From Saccostrea cucullata (Eukaryota), in NCBI RefSeq assembly GCF_032062105.1, contig NW_026919375.1:62001-126000 (forward strand): a stretch of DNA of 64,000 bases, in the 5' to 3' direction. The translations under genes and the position numbers were made by a program. The notes beneath the pieces were generated by a model, which had not been told where the DNA came from, did no database searches, and saw only the letters and a program-made list of their open reading frames with translations. Below, piece after piece: positions 63,828 to 64,000 of this stretch (its first letter is position 1; each line of letters begins with the position of its first letter).

Positions 63828-64000
63828 AGAGGAGTGAAGGTGATACATCCGTAAGGAGGTCATCCGTACGAAAGCCCAGAAGGCTCATTCGAGATTCAAG
63901 ATTCGAAATACGAGATTCAAAATTCGAGATTCGAAATTCGATGGTTCAGATGATATTAACCAATCAAAAGGCTCATTGATGGTTCAGGTTGATAGAGACG

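Noticed and set aside
62560-63888. Overlapping 99-122-aa ORFs with 31-aa repeats; CRISPR-like appearance
   Set aside because: Artefact of a stop-free 31-bp tandem unit; no unique spacers, no cas genes, eukaryotic context.
63828-63890. TCCGTAAGGA...CGAAA resembles hammerhead stem II
   Set aside because: No CTGANGA core correctly placed before the stem. Other CTGATGA hits (e.g. 58498, 61260, 62775) lack the GAAA and stems.

Overview
AT-rich, intron- and repeat-rich eukaryotic DNA, most likely a bivalve; the 166-bp Cg170-like repeat inside Helitron/Helentron-type non-autonomous elements points to an oyster. Host coding sequence is limited to three minus-strand exons encoding two different signal-peptide-bearing N-terminal halves of a natriuretic-peptide-receptor-like ectodomain (ANF_receptor, NPR3/NPR1-like). 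Module A is 57680-57428 + 48430-48002; module B is 1214-900 and continues off the left edge. I found no downstream NPR exons in the ~47 kb between them, which suggests alternative variable ligand-binding modules spliced to shared constant exons, or nested or truncated genes. The rest is a 5'-truncated L2/Crack-type LINE with an intact RT ORF, many often nested Helentron-like elements, Tc1/mariner-pogo and Kolobok-like MITEs, SINE-like fragments and minisatellites, several apparently born from these elements. The palindrome TACATGTA is strongly over-represented, and duplicated sequences show it arises as a CATGTA insertion at TA, which fits a transposon excision footprint. Almost all other ORFs in the track are spurious. 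All counts and alignments were done by eye.
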